64,000 nucleotides of DNA from Octopus sinensis (lineage: Eukaryota). The position numbers and the translations under genes were made by a program. The notes below the pieces were generated by a model. The model was not told the DNA's origin and did not search any database. It saw only the letters and a program-made list of their open reading frames with translations. Location of the stretch: NCBI RefSeq assembly GCF_006345805.1, contig NW_021836129.1:186001-250000 (forward strand), in the 5' to 3' direction. Positions 13,570 through 27,519 of the stretch are shown one piece after another (the first letter of the stretch is position 1; each line of letters starts with the position of its first letter).

Positions 13570-13699
13570 CGAGTTATAAATTAAATATAACCTATTCAAT
13601 TTTATTTTTTCTACTTAATTTAATATTTTCAAATTGCAATTTAAACTAAACAATATTTGACTACTTTTTACTTTTCATATCCTAATTCAAAAGATATTT

Positions 13700-14635
13700 G
13701 GTACAAATATTTCTACACCTATGAAGCTATGGATAGCGAATTTTTTGAGCGGACGTCGTGGGAAAGTGTGCGTCGGGAACGAGAGTTCAAGATCACGCTT
13801 TTTGCCCAATGGTGTACCCCAGGGTTCTCCTTTATCCCCGACCCTCTTCAACTTGTTTCTGAATGATCTCCCGGTTCCTATGGATAATAATGACATACTA
13901 CTCTCCTATGCCGATGACATAGTTGTCGCATCAAGGGATGTAAATGTCGAATACGCGAAGGAAAGACTACAAAGAATACTGGACGAATTATATGGATGGC
14001 TATATGAAAACAGACTACATGCATGTTCCGAAAAGTCAGCAGTCACCCTATTCACGAAAAACAGGAAGATGGGGACGAAAACTATTGAAGTCACGCTGAA
14101 TGGAGTCCCAATACCACAAAAGAAAACACAGAAGATATTGGGTGTAACGTTTGACACTTTCCTCTGTTTCTCACCTCATGTTGAATCGATCGTGTCAACT
14201 TGTATAAAGAAAATCAATCTTGTGAAAGCCTTTCTTTCGAACTGTGGGAGAACTTGTCCGCCAGGGGTAGAGACCCTTTACAAGCAGTATATCGAGCCAA
14301 CAATAGGCTATGCATGTGCTGCTTGGGGCTGTAACCTGGCGGCAACGAACCAACTAAAAATCGAGAAAATCCAAGAAAAATCCATAAACATACTGAAGGA
14401 CCATACCGACATGAAAATTGTCCATCGAACACTGGAGTCTCTTGTAGAGGCAAGTGGGAGGGATCGTGGAGATGGACCACAAGCATTTCACCGTACATAC
14501 AGAAAGTGTGTGGGGTCACGGTCTGAACATCGTGAAAAGATGGCTAGACTGTTGAGAAGTGTCGGAATCACCTGAACACGTTAGTTAATGGTTAAGACGG
14601 TGATTCTGTTTTTGGCTTAAATAATAATAATAATT
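13700..14635 (+). mobile_element. 5'-truncated APE-type LINE (RT C-terminal half plus 3' end), open frame
   Basis: ORF 13721..14575 has GVPQGSPLSPTLF, YADD and KILGVTFD; ends LLRSVGIT*, followed by a GACGGTGAT 3' motif and a (TAA)n tail. Confidence 0.9.
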
Positions 14636-14699
14636 GATCCTCCAATTACTTTCGATTTGATACAATTTTATTTGAATAAAGCTACTTTATTATAAATAA

Positions 14700-14930
14700 A
14701 AAGAAATTGATCATCCAAAGTGGATTCAGGTTTGGAAGATCAATTGCCGATGCAATATAAAGAGGTAGATCTATTCCTGCCATATGCTAAAAATTTGAAA
14801 TGGTAACCATAATATTGGGCATTGATATGAGCAGGGCATTTTACACGATTCGCAGAGACAAGCTGAAGTGATATATGATATAGACTTTCTGTCTCATGAT
14901 AAGTCAACATTTCTGAACATTACTCTACGT
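14700..14930 (+). mobile_element. Fragment of a second LINE RT family
   Basis: QSGFRFGRSIADA and GIDMSRAFYTIRRDKL; same family as the 52.4 kb and 55.0 kb fragments. Confidence 0.55.
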
Positions 14931-16999
14931 GTATAAAAATTGTAAAATTTCTTTATTAAAATTTCATCTCAGAATTGAAGTTTCATCTCAAAATCTCAGT
15001 GAACATTGTCTTAATAAATCGATTTACTGATTTGAAAGCTACATAAACTCCCAATCACCTAGCATTTTGTAAACAAAATTGGCAGAATGAAAAACTTATT
15101 CAAGAATTTTTTTAATCTTTGCTTTTTTGAGCCGTATACTTTTGATCAAAGGATAGTTATGATAAAGATAAAGTGCTGAACCATTTAACTTTGAATTATG
15201 AGTTAGTTAGGATAAAGTGTTAGACCATTTAGTTTTCTTAACTAACCGATGTGATACATCTATTACAGAAAAACGATTTTCTGTCATGCTATTGCTTTAG
15301 AATGTCAAAATCCCCATTCTCTTTCATTTCTGTAATTATAAACCAGCTATAAAATAATTATTTCAAACCTGTAATTGAAATATGTTTATCCAATACCCGG
15401 TATTATTCTTTTACAGAATTTCGCATAGTCGTTAGTAATATTCATTGGGCTTAATTGTTATTAAAAATAGATGCTATAGTCATTTTATCCTATCAGTTAA
15501 TCATAGTTTTCAAGTGAAGTTCTATCAATCAATATAGTCTTAACATTTTTGATCCTATAGCATATTTTAAAATTATTTGAAAGTTTTTTGTTTACAAAAT
15601 TGTGCCAAATAGTTTGCTAAAATAAGAATATATACGACTTTTTAAACTGACATTCAAGTAAAAAAAACAATAAACTTGCCAATTTTTTGATAAAACAAAA
15701 ATAAGATAATATTTATTTGAAGTGGGAGTCACATCCTCAAAAATTTAAAACAAATCAAGAAATGCTTCGGCAAGATAAGAAGCCCCAAGTCACCTAAAAC
15801 GACATTGGAGGGTACAACCAACAGAAACAAAAAGTAAAGAAAGCCGTCGAACTCGCTCTTAACCAGTATGAACTGTATAAGCAAAGTGGGATTGACTTCT
15901 TCTGCGAGTGTTTAAACCGTTAATGAAACTAATCATGTTTTCGCTTTTGTTCCGAATGAGTCATTTTAAATTGACCTTATTGATCTAAAAATGTTTGAAA
16001 ACGTAATTGGTAGTGACTCTTGACCTCAGAAAAAATTGTGAAACGCCTTAATGATTGCAGAGATCTTAACATGTTGCAAAATCGTCAGAAATAAAGAACA
16101 CTGTTAAGAGAATTGACCTATTGTGTTGCCGATACTTTTCCATGACCGATGGCATCGCGTTAGTGCTTAAAATAATAATAATTTTAGATTAAAAATGTCC
16201 CACTTTTGCTTCCGGGAAAGTTTTTATGCCCGACATCTCAAATAAATGACTATAGTAGATTTTTAATATACATTAAAAACTGGTCAAAGTAGGATTGTGC
16301 ACAATTTATTAAAAAATATGTTTTTATTTGCCCCCACTTCAAATACGTAAAAATGTTCCCGTTTTATCACATCCAAAATTCACAGATCTAATTCTTCAAT
16401 ATGCAATCTCGTTAAGTTTATTTTTTGGAGATTTTTTTAAAATAAAGACAACACAATAATAAATATTGTCTGATGCTCGTCACGTGACGTCAAATAATTA
16501 TGGGATTAAATTGAACCAAGTTGCGGAATATTCTTGAATTATATATGGGTCAAAGTCATTTAACATAATGCAATTAATTAAGTTTTGAACAGGTGCAGGG
16601 AATTTAGTTAGTTAATAACTATTTGTCAATATACAATTTGTAATTTCAAAAAAAAAGTTTTGAACATATTGCAATTAATGATAAATCAAAACATTTTGTG
16701 TTAATGTATTCTAATAATATTCAGAAATAAAAATTGATTTTGATAAGCATACTTTCATATAATGCCAGATTAATAGCTTTATCAATAACTAAATTGTTTT
16801 AAATAATACACAGTGTCCCTTCTTTATACAGTGATGGCCAATTCAGCCTCATTTCCCATACATTAAATATATTAATTTGTTTAATTAATCGATTTAGCAT
16901 TACAGAAACAAATGAGAATATCAATTGTAGGCTACAAACAACGACAGAAGAATTATCATTAAAAATACAATCACATGCCCGCATATATACACTGCAATG

Positions 17000-17890
17000 C
17001 AAACACACAACTAACCTGCTTTTATCCTACGTTCTCCATCATACAAATATTTTTTGTGAAATGAATCAAATACACCCTTCTCATATTCACTATTCAGAGT
17101 CGACGTAATGCAATCCGAAAAAATGTTTCTCGTACTCACTGAGAATACTGTTGACAATTCTGAACACATCTGCTCTAGTGAGACGCTTCTATTGCTTATG
17201 AATGAGTGATACATCTAGACGGAAGGAATTAGTCTGGCTGTGAGGAAAGGCAACGTGGACCAGCGTGGGATGTTTCTGGGTAGCAGACATTTGGGCATAG
17301 TAACTAGTGAGACGGACAGGGCGACTAAATATCAATGGACATCTATCGATTTACAACAGGACTAATAGCTAATAATAACATGCTTATAAGTCACACAAAA
17401 AACACGACCACTGCAGTAATGTCATCACAGTATCAGCCTCAAATACTCTTTTAGTAGATGGGAATCACCATGAGACCCCTGCAGTGGATTTACGATGCTG
17501 TGGGTGACCAAATTCTCATACTTCTCCCCACCGGTCAACTGTCGGCCCACCAGATCAGCCACCAAGTCCATCTCCAGGAAATCGAGGTCAATAACAAACA
17601 CAGGTCCTCTGGAGTAATGACTTCGGGGATGGCCAAGAAATAGGGTTGAGATTTGTAGAAAGGTGGGAGAAGAATGTCGACATTTCCCTCCGAAGACAAA
17701 TGTTTCTGCATGTGCAGAAGAATATCCTGGGACCACTTGAATTGAAAGTCTTTGAATGCTCTGAAGGGGATAAGTCTTCCCAGGAGTCTCCGATTCCAGA
17801 ACAACAAGTTCTTCTCGTTGTAGGGGACAGATGAAAGGACACTGGGAACCTCATTCGAATTGATTTGTCCAATCTAACAAAACTTTTTCC
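17000..17890 (-). other. Intronless, GC-richer, decayed coding-like segment of unknown origin
   Basis: Overlapping protein-like frames (EVPSVLSSVPYNEKNLLFWNRRLLGRLIPF...; VIDLDFLEMDLVADLVG...; LTRADVFRIVNSILSEYEKHFFG) with no recognised TE or host motif. Confidence 0.3.
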
Positions 17891-17919
17891 TGCCAAATTT
17901 GAATCAATTCTCCCTAAAA

Positions 17920-18560
17920 AACAATAATCCGCAATCCAAACTCTATGATTAAAATAATTTCGGATTAATTTTGTTTATTATTATTTAAAAAAAAATTTTG
18001 TTGATTAATTTTTTGTAATTAATTTTTCAAATTTAATTTACAGCACGCTTTTCGTAATTCTATGGTTAGAAATAGGACTGAAGTTTTTATATAAATTCAA
18101 AAATCGGTTCAATTTGAAATTGAAAGTTTTTCACGAAGAAGCAAATTCAATGAATGATGCTATGACATGCAATATTTTTACTTCACAAAGCTTGGACAAG
18201 TGTGAAACAAGCAACCATCAGTAATTGTTTCAAAAAGTTGAATTATTTAAGGTCTTGATGAGTCTTATGCTGGAGAAGAGTTGTCTCCAGATCCAATTAT
18301 TGAGGCCCACAATAATGAGCTAGACCAAATTATGATTGAAGGAGATATGCTTCAAACAGAAAAATTCATTGATGACGATGAAACCATTGCACTGTTTCAA
18401 GAAGAATACACTGTTGAAGATATCATACTTAATGCTGATGATTACGATATTAGCCCAACCACTTTATTTGATGCCATTTAAATTGCCATCAAATCAAGTT
18501 CTTGTTAGAATTGCTATTCTTAAAATATAAAAACGATATTGTACAAAATTTGAAATAAAT
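17920..18560 (+). mobile_element. Internally deleted pogo/Tigger-like remnant
   Basis: 17920-18080 is an inverted copy of 11200-11370; it is followed by AWTSVKQATISNCFKK (DDE_1 C-terminus) and an acidic tail. Confidence 0.55.
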
Positions 18561-20109
18561 CTCGGATGATTCTCAAAATTAATTAAAAAACACTATACAA
18601 AGAACTTTATTCGATTTTTAAAAAATAAAGGTATTTATAAACAGATTAGTAATTTGATCACTAATCTGTACAGTCTCTTTTTAGTAAAACAACTATTTTC
18701 GTTTTACATGTCTGTTGTATAGTACAAGAACTGGGAATGGACGTGTTTGAGTAGGGATACATTAAATACTACACTTGCTAGTCATGATTACTAAATATGA
18801 TTTACAGCCCCATGATTACGTCCGGCCTACGCTTTTCAACTTTAGACTTACTAATACATCATCCCCCTTTTACAACACCAAAAACAGAACTCACATGCAT
18901 ATAACTCAGCACTCACAAATGCTGATAGAACATTACTCTACAAAGAACTGCATAAATAGTCATTAAAAAGGCACATCGACATCAGTTAGAACACTTATTA
19001 CACCTGCCTTACCTACTACTCTATCCGGTTTGGTTAAAATAATTTTAAATAAGGAACGAACAATGAAGAATGAAAAAAGTTACTGCTTATTTTAAACGAA
19101 TGTCTACAATTGCCCCATTCCAGCACACAATGCCATTTTGAGATATTACTTAGGAAATAGTCTGACCACAGCAAAGGCCTACAATCACGCGACTGTGTAC
19201 AAGCACACTGAAATTCAACTACAAGCTTTTCGACTACAACAATTCTGATGTTTAAATCAATTCTAGTTTTGTCATATGGTTTTATGTTATCGTTTGCTAA
19301 TACAAAGCAGAGGAAGAATCTTTCATCTTTGCCAAACATAAAGAAATTTCCCTCAATACTAAAAACAGAGCGTAAATGGTGATTCATAAATAACCAAAAT
19401 AGTCCTTCAATTTAAAAAATGGAATAAAATTACCCTCACGGGACGACCAATCCACAATGTCCAGATCCCCATTTGAAAAAGATAATTTTTATGCGGTAAT
19501 TCCCAAATTTAGAAATTACAGCAACCTCTAAGTACAGAATTAAATTTTTAGGCGCTGTGTCACGTATTACAAAAATATCTCAATTTTTTAATACTAAGCC
19601 TGTTCAAACAGATTTTCCCAGCAACAGTTAGAAAGAAAATTTGGACACAATAATTGCAGACGTAATTGCTGAAAATGAAACAACTGTTGGACACGATAAC
19701 AGCAATGATTAACCTTGAAGAGAATATTCACCGTTTGTTTCCCGATGCGTTAAAAGACTATTACAATTTCAGAAAAATATTTGACATACATATGAAGAAA
19801 TCTGCAACAGGAAACAAAATAACAGATAATGTTTGTGTATTAGAATAAAAATTTTTTCTACTTAAAAATACTCTAATTATCAATAAAATTAGTGAGAATC
19901 ATGTTTAAATTTTCTTAAAAATACTTTACTTATGAAAAATATGCTAACGCTATTGAAATGTTTATAAAAATGAAGAAAATTTCAGACTTCCATTTTGGGG
20001 AAATTTTTCAAAATTGATGCCCCAAATGGATCTGCCTTTTGTCGAGTAGATAGTGTAATTATAATCATCGAATATATCTCTGATAATATTAACATAACGT
20101 CCAAAACAA

Positions 20110-20300
20110 TCTTTTATTTTTGTTACCCCAGGATCACCGGGTTATAAGGAAAAAGAGAAAAGTCCTAACTAGTGATCCCAGACCATGGCAATGAAGATTT
20201 TTCCCGACGTGGACGAGAGTCCTAGATGGCTCTTCTGAAAAGGCATGTCGATAGCTCAAAAAGCGGACGATTTTTAAAGTAGTTAAACAATGATTCGTAT
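20110..20300 (-). mobile_element. Decayed 3' end of the APE-LINE family
   Basis: RREKS...SGIT followed by a CCGGTGATCCTGG..AAATAAAA end, similar to the copies at 14.6, 56.2 and 57.4 kb. Confidence 0.4.
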
Positions 20301-22594
20301 AGGGGACTTGCAGAAATAGAGACTGTCCTGACCATTTTTTGTTGCCTTTTGATAAGAGGAATAGAAGCTATCCTCTAATTTCTTAAATTGGAATTTCCAA
20401 AATAATCGTAATAGGGAAATGTTTTATTTTATATATAAATAGCGATAAGCCAGTTTTCTAACGATTGGTAGAATGTTTGTGCTATTTTTATTATTTGAAA
20501 TCATTTTATGCAAAGGTAATAGTTCGAATATAACCTATTATTAGATTTAATATATTTGTCAAATGGAACGCTTACTGGTGACCCAAAATGCTTTAATGTG
20601 ACTAGTAAAAACTTTAAAAAATATAATTTTAGAAATAACTAATGACTTTAAAATCAATCCATCAAGTATTTTTAAAAAATATTGTGGAAAACTATTATAT
20701 AGAATTTGGTACAATGGTTAGAATCTTTGATAAAAATTGCAGAATTACCCTCCGTGTTTTATGAGAAATCGAATATTGAAAATCGTGATCGTGTTTTATT
20801 CGGTAGGAAAGAATCTCTCCAAGAATCCACAGATAAAATAACACTTGTATTTTTTGTATGTATTATTAAAAGATAAACGGGAATGATTCTTATAAATTAA
20901 AAACAAACATTGATTACGATACACTAAAATTTTGGCGTCAATACAGATATTGGATAATGACAAACGACCAAGAAATATTTTTTGGCATTTTAATTTTTTG
21001 GTATATAAAAAATAGATTTTGATAATATTTATGAAAATCTTGACGTAAGTTATGTATACAACAATTTTTACCATTTTGATATAAAAACAAAAACAGAGAA
21101 TTTTACCTCTTCCTATTTGTGTGTCCCGCAATTCAAAGCTTGTAGAAAAATCGAAAAAAGTTTTGAAATTATAAATCATTTATTTAGAATTTGTTTCACT
21201 ACACAAATGGAATCTTAGGTTAAACACATTACAAATAATAATTACATTTGTGCTACCCTATGGTCACACAGAAACGTACTTAATTTCAACTAACGTGGAA
21301 ATAAAAACAATGAAAAGTCCAAATGGTTATGTAATATTATAGATTTATATATATGTGGGTATATAGTCATTGCAATTTTGATTCTTTTGTGCATTATGAT
21401 ACAAAGTAATTAAATAAATTTTAATATCCTAGGTCAAAACAAATTAATAATGATAAGAAAGCAACTTCCGGAGTTTGAAACAGATCGGAATTCTGTGAAA
21501 ATTTAATTAGCTATTAATTAAAATACAATCTTGATTAATTTCCGTTTAGTAATTAATTTTAATGTTGATTTAAATTTCCTCTATTTTTTGTATCGGGAAA
21601 GTTTTTTCTTGTTTTCTAACTTTTCCTGGTCGCAAATAAAATAATCGTTCTAAAAAGACTTTAAGTATTTGGGTAAAAAGAATTTACAGGATATAAACTT
21701 ATGCATAGGCTTAGTTAGAGGATGATTCTAATTGTGTTCTTTATGTGGCCTGAAACAGATTTAGTAGCCTCTACTAGATTCTTAATACGAAACTTGTCGA
21801 GATTGGGAGGAAAGTAATACTTTGAGAGACTCGTTTTCTACCCTTAAGATTAGGAAATTGATTTGTGCTTTTTCTGTTGCAGTGATAAAAGAACAAGTAT
21901 ACTTTTCATATTCAAATAAATTATTTACATTTAATAAATTAAACACACGAGCCTACTCATTATCCCCAACCACCCCGCCAGTGTCCTTGAAATAGTAATA
22001 GTCGACTTTTATCCTTTTCTTAAGCATTTCATTAATGATGAGTGGGTTAGTCTCAATCCCGACTTGTTCAGTATGGTGATATTGATCCGCTGACTTTCCT
22101 GATCAACTCATGCATTCGTACAATCATGCATTCGTACATTTGTACATTTGGTTCTTCAAAAATTGGCTTCGGAGATTCGATCGATTTTTATGATTTTTTT
22201 GATTATTTTACTTGGTGAACTGACAGTAGGAACTGTCGCCTTGAACAAACATAACAATGAATGTGTTTGGCATATAACACCACTAAGAAAAAATCGAAAA
22301 TTATGAAAATAAGATTTTATGTTTTTGATAGACTTGATATATTGAGCAACATCAAAGCTGAATAATCACGGAAAAAGTACCCATTGGTAATTGTAAAGGA
22401 GTCATGTTGGCTGTGGTCTCCCAATAAAAATACGAATTTATTTTTTATTAACTTAATAACTCACTTGAAATTATTTAAAATAGCAATAAATTTTCTCTTA
22501 TTTTTGTCTAAAATTGGCGTATTTATTGAGGAAGGAAAACGTGTCAATTTATCTAATAACAACATTTATAAGGCATTTTCTTGCGATTGTTTAA

Positions 22595-23609
22595 ATGTTA
22601 TTATTACAGTTATTTTTTTCAATTGCAATAAGCAAAGGTAATGCTATAATAATCTCAAATGTTTTTTAGAATTATTTTATTTGTCAAATGGGACTCTTTT
22701 TGAAGATCCAAAATGTCTAAATTTGACTGGTAAAAAATTTTTAAATGAATTTCTAGAAATAATTAAAGCATTTAAAATTGATCAATATAACTCTTACAGC
22801 ATGAATTGTGGAAATAAAAGCTATGACATTTGGTATCAAGGTTTGAGATTTAGAAAATATATTTTAGAATTGCCAGAGGTAATATATGGGAAATTTTATG
22901 GAAGAGTGGAACATTTTAGATTTTATAGAAAAGGCTCTGGACAAGCGTTAGACGAAAAAATAGAAATAGTTTATTTTTATTCTTTAAATAAAAGATGAGA
23001 AACGGCGAAAAATATGGATTTCATAAAGCAAATAACTCCTACGAATTAAATAATTATAATGCTTCTTTCAGATATTGGATACAATCAAAAGACCAAAGAA
23101 TCTTTTTTGGTAATTAGAAAAAATTAAAGATAGATTTTGATAACGTTTATTCAAGTATGCAAATTATATACTATTATAACAATTATTTCTTTTTCTACAT
23201 TGAAACAAAATTTGACAATTTCACTTCGGCCGAAATTTGTATGTATGATTATAATAATATATGCGAAAAAGTCCGAAATAGTTAAACAAAAAATTTTAAT
23301 TATTTTTAGAGTTCGCCATAATCAAAAAATTTAATGGAGACAAAGACCTCGCAACTATAACAATAAAATTTTTTTTTCCATCTGGAGTGGTAGAAAAATA
23401 CGTAATTCAAAGCTTTGTGGAACGAAAAGGAATATTATGGTTAGAAAATAAGGACAAATTAGACGTCAAAAGTTTATTTCATTTGGTAAATTTTAGAAAT
23501 TTATATATTTGGAACAGTATCAATTACATTTATCTTTGTAGGCCTTCTAATGAAATGTAAATTAACGTATTTTAATAAAATTAGTCGTTGTGAATTGCAA
23601 GAAGTATAA
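22595..23609 (+). CDS. Orphan putative secreted protein, ~292 aa, 6 exons
   Basis: MLLLQLFFSIAISK signal-like start; GT-AG introns 22638-22669, 22969-22994, 23110-23133, 23281-23309, 23517-23541 restore one 879-nt frame; several N-X-S/T sequons; last exon uncertain. Confidence 0.65.
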
Positions 23610-23901
23610 AAATCAAAAGAAATTGTCAACAATAAATTGATACAGGATGTTCTTATTTAGTAATTAATTCGATTAAAAATACCACAAAAATATATTTCTA
23701 TATACACTTATTGGTCTTTCTCATTTGTTTACAAAATAGGATTAATAGGTGTAACGTAAACAAAAAAATTCGACAGAATTATTAAATTACGCAATAAGAA
23801 TATTCATAGTCAGTAAAAAAAATTGCAAACAGTGTTTGAAACAATTTTGGGATCATTGTCAGAGATTAGGAGTTAAAAAAATTAATGAAATATTAATAAC
23901 A

Positions 23902-23973
23902 GGCTCCGTGGCTCAGTGGTAGAGCGTCTGTCTAGTAAACAGAAGGTCTTGGGTTCGATCCCCAACGGAGCCT
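23902..23973 (+). tRNA. tRNA-Thr (anticodon AGT)
   Basis: GGCTCCG/CGGAGCC acceptor stem, TCTGT-CTAGTAA-ACAGA anticodon arm, GGTTCGATCC T-loop, downstream T-run. Confidence 0.97.
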
Positions 23974-24349
23974 CATGAATTCTTTTTGATTTTTTATTTG
24001 GACAAAAAAATTTAAAAATAAAAATTAAAGTTGTCTCAAAGAAAAATGTAATTTTTTTATATGCAGATTAGCTAGTGTAGGTGGCTGAAGAGTAGTCAAG
24101 AGTCTTTTTAATTATCCTTTTGTTACTTACGTTGTGTGGTCTCTGATTTATTTACAAAAAACAAGTATAATCCACAAAAACACGAGTAACAGCAAAAATA
24201 TGGTTTATATTTCAGCTGGCTTCCAATGTAATAATGGTTAAAGATGCGCACTTTTCCTTACCTATCACTCGGAGATTAACAAGTCTATTCTTTTGGAACT
24301 TGATAATTTTTTCATTCGGAATTTTGGGGAAAAAATTATAGCGGAGGGG

Positions 24350-24720
24350 AATGCTTTCTTTGGATACAAAAAATGATATTGAATGGGTTGATGTAGAAGC
24401 ATCTACAGAAAAAATTAATAAAGTAATTGGATTCAAAGATATAAACGTCGACTATTTATTTGATCAATTTGTTAATGTTAAAAAACCGGTGACATGTTTT
24501 GTGCTTCATTGGCACTACTGCTCCTGTAAAAAGAATATTTTCAATTGGGAATTCGATTTGGTCAAAAGAAAGAGGTCGAATGAAAGAAGAAACCTTCAAA
24601 TCAGTATTGAGTTGTAAATTAAACATTGACATGCTTTTTGGGAAAATCGAAAATAATCAAAAGTTTTTAGATAAAGTTTATTCAGTTCAAAATATAATCG
24701 AATTTCTTTGATAGCCCGAG
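24350..24720 (+). mobile_element. hAT transposase C-terminal dimerisation-domain remnant
   Basis: GTTAPVKRIFSIGNSIWSKERGRM...KSVLSCKLN. Confidence 0.65.
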
Positions 24721-25299
24721 GCCATCTTATGCATCGGAAATTCGAAATTGTGAATTATTTAGTTGTTCTTTACAATCGCATTTTGAGAATAAATTAATTT
24801 TTTTATTTCTTAGTTAATTTAACTAAAGATATTTTCTTGTTTTTTCCGTGAATATTTTTATTATTAAAATCAATAAATGTTCCGGATTTCTAGAATAATA
24901 AATTGGTAAGCTTACTTCAAATTTTGTAACATAAAAATATTAAATATAATATTTTTACACTTGTTTATTTAATTTTTTTAAAATGAATAAATTACACGTT
25001 CTACGGTTGTTAGCATGATGTAAACTCGAAAACTGAAAAATGCTGAATAAATAATTACTTTTCAAGATGACAAAAAAAGAAGAAAATTTAATTACCCAAA
25101 TCTCAACCATTCGACAAAAATCTATTTGAATGGTCCGTTAAAAAAATGATCATTTGGATTTACAATCAATGAATATCTTTTGAACTCAATGTCTAAAAAT
25201 CTAGTCGATGTGGAAAAGACAAATTTTGACCATGCCTACTCAGTTGAGTGCCTGCGAAGACTCCTTTGTGATTTATCAAAATTATTACAACTGTGATGG

Positions 25300-26460
25300 A
25301 CAGATTTAATGTGCATCTACACTACAACAAATGCTAGAGAGAAGTACATTACATAGCGACAGCATATTCCCAATTGAACAGCCGCATCATTAGCTTGTAG
25401 TGGCCCGGTGCGTTGTCTTTTGCCGAACAAATAGCCTACGTTTATGACGTTTCTAGACAGGCTTCTTGGATATTTGCTAAGTGTTCCGCGAATATGTTTG
25501 GAATCTCCTCCGTCGAGACAGGAATGCTGGATTGATTGCACAACTTCTGTGGAGAGGATTTTCCTTTGAGATTTTCAACTATTTAAAACTCCCAGAAGTT
25601 TGGGTTTATGTGGTCAGATCTTTCCAAGCCTTCTGCCTGACTACGCCCAACTTTATCGCGAGGTTAAGTTTTCCACCAATTTCAGAGATCATTTCTTTAA
25701 TCGTAGGCCTGTCGATGGGGTCACACAGGGACTTAGTTGTGTACGAATTCAGATAAAGATGCATGAATTTGCTTAATTCATCACTCACGTTTTATATATC
25801 AGGAATAGAGCTGTATCCGTCAGGGAAATCTTTGTCGTGCAGGAATGCTCTCAAGGAGCTTCTGTAGTGCGGCCAATTAATTTTTGAGAAGCTGTATCAA
25901 GTGGATTAGCATTCTTGTCTTTCAATGCCTACGTAGATGTTGAAGATTCGCGATAGTGTGCGAGCAGACGCTTGAACACAAGTTGTCGAGCCGTTGAGCG
26001 ATTGATAGGTCAGATTTTCGAAGTTCCTGACACGGTCAGTAATCTTCTTCAGTCTACGACCGTCCTAATTATTCATCCGACAGTCAAACTTCATATATTT
26101 TGAGTTTAGGTCGCCAATAAGAAGGCAGTATCCTCAACTAGAGAAGAAATTATTGATCAAACTAAACCCAGGGAAGAGCGTTTTTTTGATATACACCTCC
26201 AACCTGTAGCCAAAAGGATTCAGTTTTCACTTCCAGAGATAGGAATTCACATAGTGTGTCCTCGATGATATTTATGTTATGGATTTGGAGTTTATTAATA
26301 TAGAATATACTCGATCCGGTCCCGGAGTAGAGCAGCTGCTCCATTGTAGATACAGACACCAATATCCGGGTATTTCATACGAGTGAATTTCCTTGAGCTT
26401 TAACTTTTTTTACGACAATAAGCTATGTTGCTGCGTACTTTCCTCTATATTATTATATTA
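25300..26460 (-). mobile_element. Decayed LINE ORF2 (APE endonuclease plus linker)
   Basis: YEIPGY, VGGVY and LIGDLN endonuclease-like motifs in broken frames. Confidence 0.55.
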
Positions 26461-26694
26461 TTTAGCACTTTCACGAAAGCCATAATGTTTATAGCCCCGC
26501 ATGTGCAACACAGAAAGAGAACATGTTATTTAGTAACTAGCTAATCCGAACGAGGGGAATCCGAACGAGGTCTCTGCTCCATTTGTGTTTCTCGCTTGTG
26601 GCGATGTAAACATCCGGTTCCGCAGTGTGTATCACTGTTGACGGCGTCACTCGTCAATCCGGGCTGCATGTAATATGCATGGAACCTTCGGTCG

Positions 26695-26765
26695 AAACGA
26701 TGACAGTGAGATTCGAACCCAGGAGCTTCGGAAAACTACCAAGTTTGTCAACCACTTTCCTCTGA
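26695..26765 (-). repeat. tRNA-derived (SINE-like) head with A- and B-box remnants
   Basis: Minus strand reads AAGTGGTT ... GGGTTCGAATCTCACTGTCATC; no intact anticodon arm. Confidence 0.5.
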
Positions 26766-27519
26766 TAAGAGTTATTGCAGCATTTCAGGTTCCTTACTCA
26801 GTTTTAGCAGGGCTCTAAACAACGGCATATAATTCTCAAAGGGTATCTCTGTTTTGCAGATTCTGGTTTTAGTGGACAAATTTTTTGAACACATTTCGGG
26901 TCTCAGTTTGGATTAAACGTCAACAAAAAACACAAACAACCTAATATTTACTTTTGTGTAACAGTTTGGCAATCCGCCAGGCTACATATCTACCATAAAC
27001 ATAATCCTATTGGGAAATTAATTATCGATATTACAGTTTTTGTAAAAATAATCTTTTGTGTATAAATGTGACAATTAATATATAGAAATTTTATTTAAAG
27101 AATAAATAATTTTGATAAATGAAGTCAAAGTTTGACAGATCTTCATAATATTGAGGAAAGAGACGTTCTTCGTAACTCCACTGCGGAAAGTTGTTTTTAT
27201 TTTCAGTGTGTGGGGCATAATTCCCCAAAATCTGATTGTATGAGGTCGTCTTCATATTCATTCGACCAGCCGTAAGCAGGTGTATATTCCTCATAAGATT
27301 TTCAAGAGACATCTTTTGTCCAAATTTCTTCATAAAAGGTGTCACAGGTCTGAAGAGACCCCCAGGCTTGAAAGGACCCACTTTGAATTAAAAAGTCAAA
27401 AGTAAATATCAGACATAAATTATACGTAAAAATAGTATTTTACTTATTTTTATAATAATTTTAATATTTATTATTTTAGAATGGCTTGTCTAAAATTTTA
27501 TTTTTACATATCAAATTAT

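Noticed and set aside
18700-19850. LINE endonuclease-like and hAT-like scraps
   Set aside because: Motifs too degraded to support as features; similar scraps lie at 28.4-29.2 kb and 39.9-41.4 kb.
20796-21400. 127-aa minus-strand ORF
   Set aside because: Low-complexity AT-driven composition, no motif, and no consistent splice model found.
26695-26765. Second functional tRNA gene
   Set aside because: The 5' acceptor strand and anticodon arm cannot be formed; treated as a SINE-like head.
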